From contig OX597837.1 of NCBI GenBank assembly GCA_951406725.2, forward strand, positions 20,522,001 to 20,586,000: a stretch of 64,000 nt of DNA. Direction: 5' to 3'. Each line of letters opens with the position of its first letter. Position 1 is the stretch's first letter. The notes beneath the pieces are model-generated. The model saw nothing but the letters and a program-made list of their open reading frames with translations, was not told the DNA's origin and ran no database searches. Position numbers and translations under genes: made by a program. This document shows positions 53,384 through 64,000 of this stretch, piece after piece. This DNA comes from Octopus vulgaris. Taxonomy: Eukaryota.

Positions 53384-53610
53384 TTAACTATCTAGCATTC
53401 AGTTTCTTCTGTCAAATACATTTTATTTCCTTACATTGTTTTCAATTAATCATGTATTATCTCATAGCTTCAAGATTTCCATGACGTGGTTATATGTTTT
53501 TAGAATGGCATTGCAGGGTAGGTGTGAGAGGCCAGATCCGATCTGTTTCACTATAAAACAAGTAGAATATTTTGGCCCGATATGACTGGTTTAAAATGCT
53601 AAAGGGGCAA
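53384..53610. mobile_element. piggyBac-type MITE family 2
   Basis: TTAACTATCTAGCATTCAG...AATGCTAAAGGG; homologous body. Confidence 0.7.
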
Positions 53611-54332
53611 ATAAGAAAAAGATACAGTGAGTTATCATGTCTTGGATACAGACCGGAAAAAAAAAAACAAAAACAAAAAAAATTGTTCAAAAAGAACTGG
53701 AGGGAGGGTAGACTCATCATCATCATCATCATCATCACCATCATCCTCCTCTTCCTCCTCATCATCACCATCACCATCATCATCATCAGGGACAGCAGCA
53801 CAACAATGGCCTCATCGTTGACTAATGAGGGGACTTCTACATTGTTACTGGACCAGCTAGAAATAGCAGACAAATCTAATCAAACCACACAATCCTTCTC
53901 TTCCAAAATAAGTGTGAGGGGAAACATTCAACATAGCATTTTGTAGTCCTTAGATATTGTACCTTTTATCTCTTGTCTCTTGTTTCAGTTGCTGAACTGA
54001 GGCCATACTGGAGTACTGCCTTCAAGGGGCTTAGTAAAACAAATCAACCCTAGCACTTATTTTTATTTTTTAAAACTTGGTGCTGATTCTATTAGTCTCT
54101 TATGCTGAACTGCTAAGTTATGGACACATGAACAAACCTACTCCAGTTGTCCAGCAGTGGTGAGAGACAAACACATACACCTGTATATAATATACTGAGT
54201 TTCTTTATGTTTCTACTTACAAGGTTTTGGGGCAATAGTAGAAAGTGCTACACAGTGGGAATTGAACCCCAAACCAAGCTGTTGTGAAGCAAACTTCTTA
54301 ACCACATAGACACATCTGCAACTAAAAATACT

Positions 54333-54404
54333 GAGCTTGTAGGGAATTTGAACATGGGACCTCTTGCACCTTAAGCAAGCATCATACCCCTAGACCAATG
54401 AGCC
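54333..54404 (-). pseudogene. tRNA-Pro pseudogene (anticodon AGG mutated to AAG)
   Basis: Minus strand GGCTCATTGGTCTAGGGGTATGATGCTTGCTTAAGGTGCAAGAGGTCCCATGTTCAAATTCCCTACAAGCTC is 72 nt and colinear with eukaryotic tRNA-Pro. Acceptor and T stems are disrupted; a T5 run follows downstream. Confidence 0.9.
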
Positions 54405-54504
54405 TAAAACTGAGAACTGACAGGATGGTCATAGCTGGAATTCTTTAGATCATTATCATCATCATCACTGTTGATGTTAGAGTTCCAGCATGGCCTCATC
54501 CTCA

Positions 54505-54692
54505 TCATCATCGTTTAACGTCCGCTTTCCATGCTGGTATGGGTTGGACGGTTTGACTGAAGATTGGCAAGCCAGATGGCTGCACCAGGCTCCAATCTGA
54601 TCTGGCAGTGTTTCTACAGCTGGATGCCTTTCCTAACACCAACCACCCCAAGAGTATAGTGGGTGCTTTTACATGTCACCGGCACAAGGGCC
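54505..54692 (-). mobile_element. SINE family C 3' part
   Basis: CATCATCGTTTAACGTCCGCTTTCCATGC...CAGCTGGATGCCTTTCCTAAC. Confidence 0.8.
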
Positions 54693-54874
54693 AGGCAGGC
54701 AGTAGTGGTTAAGAACTTTGTTTCACAATCACAAGGTCCCAGATTCAATTGTGAGGCACTATTAGACAAATGTAAGCTATCATAGCCTAGGGTTGATTCA
54801 AACATTGAGAGTGAAACTGGGCAGATTGATGAAAAATGTGTTGGAACTTGTCAGAGGGATTGATTGTATCTATA

Positions 54875-55078
54875 GCCAGCCGAAATATTCTGCCTGTTTT
54901 ATATGCAAAACGGCCAGATCCACCCCCTCATACATGCCCTACAATGTCATTCCAAGAATAAACAATCACCTCACTGAAATCTCAAAGCTATGAGATAATC
55001 CATGATCAATTAAAATGAAAATAATGTGAAGAAGTAAGCGCTACATTTGACAGAATAATCTGAATGCTAAAGGGTTAA
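54875..55078. mobile_element. piggyBac-type MITE family 2, truncated at one end
   Basis: Ends CTGAATGCTAAAGGGTTAA. Confidence 0.7.
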
Positions 55079-55431
55079 TTTATTTAAAAACAAAGAGAAA
55101 GATATATATATATCACATTATGTAGTCCTAGTTATCCACCCACCACTGAAAACAAAACAAAACAAAAAAGTGGGATGGTCAAAGCTGGAATGTATTTGAC
55201 CAGGAGTTCAAGAACAATTAACAGCATCTGAGGTTGCCATGGGAGAACATAAGAGGCTGTGTATGTATGTATATATATATATAGGAGATAATAAAAATAT
55301 ATGCATACATACAAACATATATGTATGTACCTACATCTACATGTATATATACATGCATATATAAATACTTATAATAGAGTTATAAGGAGAGGAAATGGAA
55401 CTGAAACAAAACACTGCATTGTGTATGTATG

Positions 55432-55462
<31 letters not shown>

Positions 55463-55559
55463 TATTTACATCCGTCTATATATAGTGTTGGTTAAAACTC
55501 TATAATTGTATTCTGTACAACAGAATATACCTACAGAATATCTGGTTGGTGCACTATAG

Positions 55560-55954
55560 TAGAGGTTCTCAACTGGGTCCATATGAACCCCTGGGGATCC
55601 ACATGAGATTTTTGAGGGTCCATACAAGCAAAATAGCAAATTGGGGATCCACAGTAGTATTTTAAGTGTCAGTGAAAAAAAATTTCGCTTAAGATATCTT
55701 TATTACAAGAAACAACTGATTTTCTTTCTCCACTGTTTTACTAGTTTAACATGTTTCTGGCCAGTGAAACATGGTCTCTCAGAGAGTTCTATTGTAAACC
55801 TATACAAGTGAATGTGTGAAAAACAGAATAGGAATTTTGAAAGAAGTCTCTATAAAACCAGCTTTTGAACACTGAATGGCTATAGGGGTCCACCAGAATA
55901 AAATAATAATGAAACATGTCCACAGATAAAAAAAAAAATGGTTGAGGACAACTG
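55560..55954. mobile_element. hAT (Charlie-like) MITE
   Basis: TIR-like TAGAGGTTCTCAAC / GTTGAGGACAACTG with 8-bp TSD CACTATAG / CACTAGAG. Confidence 0.75.
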
Positions 55955-56137
55955 CACTAGAGTATGTCTTAGCTGAAGGCTAACAACCTGCCATTTATAT
56001 GAGTATCACAACTACCATCTTCCACAAGAAGTGGAACTGACAAGTAAAAATACATTTTAGAATAAATAAATTACAATGCAAAAGGAATTGTACGTTTTTC
56101 TGTTATTTCTTGTAGATCTTGTAGCATGCATGGGATA

Positions 56138-56390
56138 TCATCATTATCCTTTAACATCCATTTTCAATGCTGGCATAGGTTAGACAATTTGACCAGGGCT
56201 GACAAGCCAGGGAGCTGTGCCATGTTCCAATGCGATCTGGCTCAGTTTCTGTAGGTGGATGCCCTTCCTAACTTCAAAAACTTTACAGTATGTGCTGGGT
56301 GCTTTCAATGCGGCACTGGCGCGAGTGCTTTTACATGGAACCAGCACAAGTGTTTTTTTAGGTGGCACCAACACAGGACTCTTGCAGGTC
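56138..56390 (-). mobile_element. SINE family C
   Basis: GGATGCCCTTCCTAAC plus degenerate 25-bp units. Confidence 0.7.
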
Positions 56391-56689
56391 AATCCTCTTC
56401 ACTAGAGAGAGCAGCCTAAACACTTCTGCTTAAACTTTATATATACAGGGTGGGTGTATATGTGTAGTACTCATAGGCTATCATCTAGATTATGTTAGTA
56501 GGTTAGTGATACACATTCGTCTAACCACCACCCTTCCACTTAGAGCACACACCTCTTCCTAAGCCGAAACACATGTTTGTAGTTTTCTGGACTCTAAGCA
56601 AACAGACACATACAAACACACCCTGTTTGCCATTCTCTCAAGACACACATCTGTATTCTATGTGTATTGGTATGTGCCTACAAGCATAT

Positions 56690-57020
56690 TACATCACAGA
56701 GGAGGATATGGTTGAGTTAATAGAGTCCCATAGAGAAAGTTTATCTAATAAGGTGCTGATGCTGTTAAAACAAGAAAAAGCTGGAGAGAAAAATGCCAAA
56801 AATACAAATGAGATCATTGATATTCCATCAACTCCACTTAAACTCAGTGCAAAGAATTTTACAAAAGGGTTGGCACTTATAACAGAAGGTCTGCAAGTTT
56901 CTGCTGATAGTGACTCTAATTATGAACATAACATAAAAATTACAAAGAGTTTACAATAAGCTTAGTTCCTACACTACAAAGAGGCGATGTGCCATCAAAA
57001 AACTTTGAATAAGTTTCTTC
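56690..57020 (+). mobile_element. Tigger/TIGD1-like transposase C-terminal remnant
   Basis: ITEEDMVELIESHRESLSNKVLMLL...NFTKGLALITEGLQVSADSDSNYEH matches the Tigger ELL.SH.E.LT.EEL / DPN.ER region. Confidence 0.7.
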
Positions 57021-57059
57021 ACTCAAATCATATATTAGCAATGAAGGCAGTATTAACAC

Positions 57060-57405
57060 CAAGAGGTAAAATCTATTCTCCCTTAAACATGAATGTTCTG
57101 TTAGAACAAACTATACTGCAGTAAATACCACGAGAGAAGTTCTCATATTGACTTTTAGTGCAAAATGCACTCTTGTTTATATCTCTCGAGGGGAGGTAAA
57201 TCCCTGCCATCTCCAGCACCAAGACCACCAGATCACATGATTTCAACCTTCCTTGGTGTTAACAATTATAAGAGGTGGCAAGATTTATCTCCCCGAGTGC
57301 ATTTTACACTAAACGCCAATGAGAGTTTCTCTCATGCTATCTACTGTAGTATAGATTTTTTTTCTAACAGAACATCCCTGTTTAAGTGGAGATAAATATT
57401 ACCTG
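57060..57405. mobile_element. Foldback/MITE with ~150-bp imperfect inverted arms
   Basis: For example TGTTCTGTTAGAA/TTCTAACAGAACA and AAAATGCACTC/GAGTGCATTTT; a solo arm lies at about 15440-15552. Confidence 0.75.
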
Positions 57406-57923
57406 TTGATGATGATGAACTGTAAGGCAGAAGATAGTGTCCCTCACCTTCCCAGTAATTCATTCTAGCATCAGCCTTCACACAGTAGCTAATATCTTTT
57501 GTGGTAAAAATGTACCCTCTCATTACGTTTGTGATTGCTATTTCTTCCCTAACATATTTCTCTGAAAGTGCATAAAAATGTGTGTTGTTTATTTTTTGCT
57601 TTCCTTTGGGAATTTTTTTGGTTTTTTTCACGGAGATTTTAAAGCATAAATAATGAATTTTAATTTGACCTTCACACAAACACACAAAGATGAAAGTGAC
57701 TTTCACAAAATTTAGCTCTTTAAACTGTTGAATATTTCAGTTTCAGAAGTCAACTTCGAGGTCACTCTTATCTTACAAAGATATATAAATAGCTCAGTTA
57801 TGCTACAAAAGACCTCACTAAACTGAACACTCTATCCTAACAGCTTCGATCAGATCCTGGTGCTGCTCTTGGCCCTACCAACTACTGTCAAACTGACAAA
57901 CTCATGCCAGTATGAAAAACGTA

Positions 57924-58244
57924 GGATCTTTTCGGTTTGAACGGCAGTTTTTAACATAATTTCTAGGTAACTAAAAAATTTTAAACTGGTAGAATCTGCA
58001 ATTTCAACCAATCAATTGCGTCTATTGAGGTAAAAAAAAAAACATTGTGCCGTATGAATATGTCCCTCGCTTAAGAAACAGATTGGGTTTATTTATATTT
58101 GTGAAGAAAAAAATACCTTTCCCCCATCCCTAACCAACCATAAAACAGATAGAAATGCAATAGATCGATACTAGGGTCATAATTATGGGTGACAATTTCA
58201 TATGACACCGCTATAAAAAACTGCCGTTCAAACCGAAAAGATCC
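57924..58244. mobile_element. Merlin-like MITE
   Basis: Perfect 29-bp TIR GGATCTTTTCGGTTTGAACGGCAGTTTTT with 8-bp TSD AAAACGTA / AAAATGTA; inserted in a SINE C tail. Confidence 0.8.
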
Positions 58245-58946
58245 AAAATGTATCCTAAATGATGATGATGATACACACCTATTTCATCATCATTTAACAT
58301 GTTTTCTATTCTGGCAGGTGTTGGACGATTTGACAGGAACTGATGAGCTTCAGGACTGCACCAAGCTCCAATATCTGCTAAAGCATGTTTTCTACAGCTG
58401 GATGCTCTTCCTAACGCCAACCATTGACTTGTGGAGAATCGCCTCATTTCTGAAATTGATGATAATAATTTTCGACCTAGGACAGTAATTAGTTTGTATT
58501 TCTGTAATTCTTCACAGGCAAGAAAATATATCATGTGAATTTTTTCCTTTCTATATTGCTTACAAGCAATATAGCCTGTTCCAACATTTCACAAGTTTGT
58601 CGTCGTAATATCGTCATAGAAAGCTATCACGCACAAAATGCCAGTTTCCAAATCCTGTTTTCTGATTGAACAAAAGTTATGAAACCTCTAATATTTTTTT
58701 CTAAATATTGTTTTCTGGAACAAGCGAATAACAAAATCAGGTTCAGCGTGAAAAATTATATCTGTAAACCAATTTTGAAAATTTTCACTTAATTTTAAAA
58801 TCGCGAAAACTGTGACAGCAAAAAGTAGAGATCCATAAATTTGAATTCACTAATACGCGCGTGCGTAAGCGAGAAAAATGAGAGAGGGGGGGAGAAAGAG
58901 AAAGAGAGAGAGTGTGTGAGAGAGAGAGAGGAGAGTGAGAGAGAAA

Positions 58947-58980
<34 letters not shown>

Positions 58981-59279
58981 GGAGAGTGAGGGTGAGAGAG
59001 AATGTGTGCGTGTGTACGTATGCAAGGTGGCAAAAATAAAGCTAAAGCGATCGGTGTATTCAAAGTGCCAACCTATGTAATGTACCAGATGGGTACAGCA
59101 CTCAATTAGGTCAGCACACGCACACACACGGAATAATAAATAGGTAGATATAAAGTAGCTTCGAACATGACACGAATACATTCACTGTCTTACGTGCGCG
59201 CGCGCGTGTGTGTATATATATATATTTATTTATATAAGTATTTGCTTGCTATTAGTTGTCTTTCCAAAGAAAATTTTAC

Positions 59280-59460
59280 CCCCAGAAGATACACCATTAA
59301 TCTCTGCTAAAGGTGTTTTAGAAAGAAGTATCGGCTGTTAAATAATAACTGTCCGCCATAATAGCAGCGGCGGCTGGGAGAAGTAAGGTGGCGGCGGCGG
59401 GGCTCGCTTTAGAATGTAGGACAAGTGAAGGGACGTTGACCTGGAGAAGTTTCAATAGGA
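59280..59460. promoter_or_regulatory. Candidate CpG-rich promoter or 5' region
   Basis: GC/CpG-rich unique sequence (GCGGCGGCTGGG, GGCGGCGGCGGGG, CCGCCAT) between GA-rich tracts, at the edge of a CpG-depleted domain. Confidence 0.35.
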
Positions 59461-59547
59461 GGGGAGAGTGTGAGTGAGAGAGAATGTGAGTGAGCGAAAC
59501 GAGAGGGAGAGAAAAGTGTGAGTGAGAAAAAAGGAGAGAGAGAGAAG

Positions 59548-59575
59548 GTGAACTATGTAGATAGATGCAGAGGTG

Positions 59576-59646
<71 letters not shown>

Positions 59647-59754
59647 TGAACTATATAGATAGATGCAGAGGTGAACTGAGAGAGAGAGAGAGAGAGAGAA
59701 AGTGAACTATGTAGATAGATGCAGAGGTGAACTGAGAGAGAGAGAGAGAGAGAG
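59548..59754. repeat. Three-unit minisatellite with variable (AG)n spacers
   Basis: Unit GTGAACTATRTAGATAGATGCAGAGGTGAACTG-(AG)n. Confidence 0.9.
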
Positions 59755-60639
59755 ACAGTGTGAGAGGAGAGTATGAGTAAGCGAAGAGGAGAGAAGAGAG
59801 TAAGAAGTCGAAAGAATGACTGAGAGCGAAGGAAGGGGAACGTAAGATTGAAAAGGAAATGAAAGACGTGGAAGGAGGAAAGGAAGGAGTGAGAAAGACG
59901 AAGTTGGGGAGGGAAAGCAGTAATGGAGTGAAGACGAAGGGGAATAATAGATAAAGTGAAGAGATAAAATGAGAGGAGTGGAGAGAGGGGGAGGAAAAGC
60001 GGAAGAGGAAAAAGAAAAGACGGTGAATCAAAATGGCAGAGAGCGAGAGAAAGAAAGAGAAGAGAGAGGTGGGTAGCATAAACGAAGGAGGAGACACGCA
60101 AGAGGATTGGGGAGAGGAGAGAAATCAAAGCCGATTACGTGACAGGCGAAAGGAAGTAGAAGGCCAAGAGGAGAAAGGAGGAGAGAAAAAGAGAGAAAAA
60201 AAGAAATAGCGCAGTAATAAGAGATGATGACGATGATGATGATGATGATGATATTGAGGTTAAGGGTGGAGAGAGAAACATCACAGAAAGAATTTAAGAA
60301 CTGCTTGTATGTATGTGTGCTAAGTGCTAAATAAGGTGTATGTATGTATGTATACCACATAAGCTGTATGCTGTTTTTTAGCCCTAGGTCAACCCTAATC
60401 GAGCAAAGCAATGATCAAAAGCATTCCAGTCATAGACATCCTTTTTTTTTTTTACTATTATTATAAATACGGTAGTGTGTGTGTGAATTGAGATTCGGCT
60501 TTTATTTCTAGTCGGTCGGAAGACCACATAGCTACCACCCTAATTGGCTCGATAAGCTATACGTATGTATATACACGTGCGCAAGTGTTGTATGTGTACG
60601 AATGCGGTACATGCGAAATCTCTCTCCCTCTCTCATATA

Positions 60640-60688
<49 letters not shown>

Positions 60689-61702
60689 CATGCGTAGATG
60701 TGTGTGAGTTTATGTAGAAGCTAAGGTATTAATTAATACGTATGCATACTATATGCGCAAAATGTGTTACTGTGTCACAGTCGTCCTAAAACATGTATGT
60801 ATATACATATAAGCCTCTATAAATATAACAAAAGCAATACTATTAAATTAAGTGGGTCGTGTATAAAACGTATGGTACATAGAAACACATACAGCTTACT
60901 ATGAATGTCATATATAAACGTACGTACACATAAATGTATAGGTATAATTACATAGACTGCAGGAGGCACAAATAGCACAATTACACGCGCCCACACACAT
61001 GTATATATCAGGTTACTTTGTATGTTACTGGTACAACTTGTTACCTGGTCAGGTAGTTGGTGACTAAACCAGCTTTTCACCAGGTCAAATTGGAGCTTAA
61101 ACCGAGCAGCTGGCAATGCCGTAGCGAAAGCAGAGGCACACAACTACATGAGCCAATAGAGAAAAGTTGCTGTCAGACCACAGTGAGAGTAATGGACTCC
61201 GTGTTCTTGTCTGATAGAAGGATACTCATTGAAAAATTTGAAGATCGTCCCGTTTCAGAAGGCCCCAATTCAAATCGTCCCAGTTGGGCTACTGGGAGTA
61301 AAACTGTTCAATCAGAAAAGTGAATGCAGTTCTGCGCGCGCTTCTTTCATTATAATCGATTTAATGGACAGAAAAACTTCTTGGAACACAAGCTTTCAAA
61401 TGTAGTTGCGATGGTTGGGACGCCACTTGCAAAGTGCAACGAAGAAATATGACTGTTTTCAGAGTAATTCATTATTTAATGTCTCCTTTTCTTATTTCAG
61501 ACGACAATCTGTTATTTCACGGTGATTTAGCTGCTATTTCTGCCAAGCAGAGTGGCCATGCTAGAGGCTGACTCTTTTCTGTACGTACACTGATAGCAAG
61601 TGTCTAAAAGGCGAAAATTAAATCACTTGCGTATTTGTTTAGCTGCCCCTCATGCCTGAGTAAGATACAAAGCTTTATTTAAAATGGTGTGTGTCTGTAA
61701 TA

Positions 61703-61908
61703 TTGGTTTCAAATTTTGTCACAAGGCCAGCAATTTCAGGGCGGGGACTAAGTTGATTACATTGACTCCAGTGTTCTACTGGTAGTTAAGACCTCGAAAG
61801 GATGGAAGGCAAAGTCAATCCCGGCGGAATTTGAAATCAGAATGTGAAGACGAACGAAATGCTGCTAAGCATTTTGTCCGGCGTGCTAACGATTCTGCCA
61901 GCTCGCGC
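61703..61908 (-). mobile_element. SINE family B, CpG-retaining
   Basis: Minus strand GCGAGCTGGCAGAATCGTTAGCACGCCGG. Confidence 0.85.
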
Positions 61909-61915
61909 TTCCTTA

Positions 61916-62306
61916 TCTATAATAAGAAAAGCGAATTTTTGTCTGAACGTCTGGGAACCCCTATCTGTATCTCAGTCTACATTTGCTCCACATAGACATA
62001 TTATACCATTTTGGAATCAGGATGATCGCGGGATAGAAAATCTGCCCTTCATTTGGTTCTTGAACATCCAGCGTTGGAATCTGATTGAAAAGCATTTGGG
62101 TTGCTATTTCTAGCAGCTTGGCTACTTCACGCCATCTTGGTTGACCTTTGTCAGATGACATCAGAGATAAATGACATTCGCTTCGTTAATTTTACGTTGA
62201 TATAAGAACTTTGGGACAAATTGACCAACAGTTGGAATTCAACTTGGGACTCCCCATCCGTCCTTAACCTCTGCTCAAACGCCACCGGAACATATAGTCA
62301 TTATAG
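61916..62306 (+). mobile_element. Helitron-like repeat, uninterrupted homolog of 19257-19920
   Basis: A|TCTATAATAAGAAAAG start and colinear body. Confidence 0.55.
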
Positions 62307-62330
62307 AGGTAGGATTTTTGTGGGTTTTTA

Positions 62331-62553
62331 CGGCGGTGAGCAGGGCGAAATGCTTAGCGGTATTTTGTCTGTCTTTACGTTCTGAGTTCAAATTCCGCCG
62401 AGGTCGACTTTGTCTTTCATCCTTTCGGGGGTTGACAAATTAAGTACCAGTTGCATACTGGACGAATTAAGTTCCAGTTGCATACCGGAGTTGATCTAAT
62501 CGAGTGCCCCGCCTCCTCAAAATTTACGGGCCTTGTGCCTAGAGTAGAAAAGA
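62331..62553 (+). mobile_element. SINE family B, CpG-retaining
   Basis: GAGTTCAAATTCCGCCGAGGTCGACTTTGTCTTTCATCCTTTCGGGG...AAGTACCAG. Confidence 0.85.
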
Positions 62554-63454
62554 AAAGGATCTTTGTGGCTTTTGTCAGTGTTTACAATTATCTTTAAAAA
62601 AATTATTCGATGTAATAGATGTAATTTTTGACGCTGAATCCGAATTTGATTTTCATTTATTCCAGAAAGACTTTGCAAAAGTGCTACAGGTGTTCAAAGT
62701 TTGATCATTTTCAAAATTTTCAGCCAATCAGAAAACAGCGCGTTCGCTGCCTCTTCCATCATCAGGTGGGAGAGGGCATCGGCATGTCAAAACATTGCTA
62801 GAAATAACAGTCAAGACATTAAAATATACACGAATGAAGTTAACATTTAAGACATTCGCGAGCAAATTAAATATTTAAAAGCTACGAACAAACAAACCAA
62901 CAGGAGTTGAATGTTCACCATTCCGCATTCATTGCACACACACATACACCACACCACACATTGAAACTCTCCCACTAACAGTTGCCATCACCCCTTTCTT
63001 TCTCATTCATATGTTGTGACGGAGGAAAACACAAGAGTATTATTATAGAAGATTATCCTTCTCGTATCTCCTCCTTGTGTGCATACGTAGCATCTTTGGT
63101 TACTCCGGAAACAGAGTTTTCCGTCACGGCGAAGTGTAAAAGACTCGCTTCTGATTGGATAAAATACCCAAATTTTGCAAATTTTAATGGCTAGTAAATT
63201 TTAAATTACGAATTTATAAGGAAAATGAATTTCATTTTCATAATTAGTATACAAAACTTAGTCTATATACCAAATTTGAAAACAATTGGAATAGAATTGT
63301 AAACACTGACGAAAATTTTGGCTGCAAGCTCAGTTAGCACTCTACAGGAACAAACTTAAAACTGCGCACGAAGAGCAGCTTTTTAGCTACTCTGGAATAA
63401 AGTGTTAAACAAATGTGGTATGCAAATTAACAGCTGAAGCTCTCTGTAGCTAGT

Positions 63455-63470
63455 AGATATACATACATAT

Positions 63471-63508
<38 letters not shown>

Positions 63509-63510
63509 GC

Positions 63511-63551
<41 letters not shown>

Positions 63552-63571
63552 GTATATATATATACATATGC

Positions 63572-63610
<39 letters not shown>

Positions 63611-63623
63611 ATATATATACATA

Positions 63624-63662
<39 letters not shown>

Positions 63663-63674
63663 ATATATATACAT

Positions 63675-63713
<39 letters not shown>

Positions 63714-63920
63714 ATATATATACATATCATATTATATATATATATATATATGCATACATATATATATATATATATATATGCATATATATACATATGCACA
63801 CATATATATACACATATGCATATATATATATACACATATGCACATATATATATATACATATGCATATATATACATACATATGCACATATATATACATACA
63901 TATGCATATATATATATATA
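63455..63920. repeat. Compound (TA)n/TATGCA/TACA simple repeat
   Basis: Directly visible. Confidence 0.9.
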
Positions 63921-63965
63921 CTTTTTTTTTTCTAGTTTCGGCTCAGAGCTGCGGCCATGCTAATG

Positions 63966-64000
<35 letters not shown>

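Noticed and set aside
54333-54404. Functional mistranslating tRNA (Pro body, Leu anticodon)
   Set aside because: Two acceptor-stem mismatches and an unpaired T-stem make aminoacylation unlikely.
59548-59754. Repeat-spacer structure as CRISPR
   Set aside because: The spacers are only (AG)n and the context is eukaryotic.
61030-61460. Unique sequence with short ORFs on both strands
   Set aside because: No recognisable protein family or consistent exon boundaries.

Overview
AT-rich, microsatellite-dense animal DNA. The repeat families and (TA)n/(CA)n/(TATG)n density look like a coleoid cephalopod (Octopus-like) intron or intergenic region; this taxon call is an inference. No host protein-coding exon can be supported, and almost all listed ORFs are translated simple repeats. 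The window is a mosaic of mobile elements. It holds four tRNA-derived SINE families (CORE-like, Nin/Deu-like, Meta-like and CORE+V-like), two or three TTAA/piggyBac-type MITE families, hAT-like and Merlin-like MITEs, and non-autonomous Helitrons. It also holds decayed Tc1/mariner (DD34D, DD37D/maT, DUF4817-type) and Tigger elements, CR1, Tx1/L1 and RTE LINE fragments, and a tRNA-Pro pseudogene. The most unusual signal is a set of non-coding elements carrying minimal type-I hammerhead ribozyme motifs, several with Penelope-style inverted terminal copies. One of them (10852-11223) fuses a tRNA-derived Pol III head to a hammerhead tail, has an antisense second hammerhead and a 10-bp TSD. CpG retention rises from about 58.6 kb, suggesting a promoter or methylation boundary near 59.3 kb. 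Internal SINE boundaries are approximate (+/-10-20 nt).
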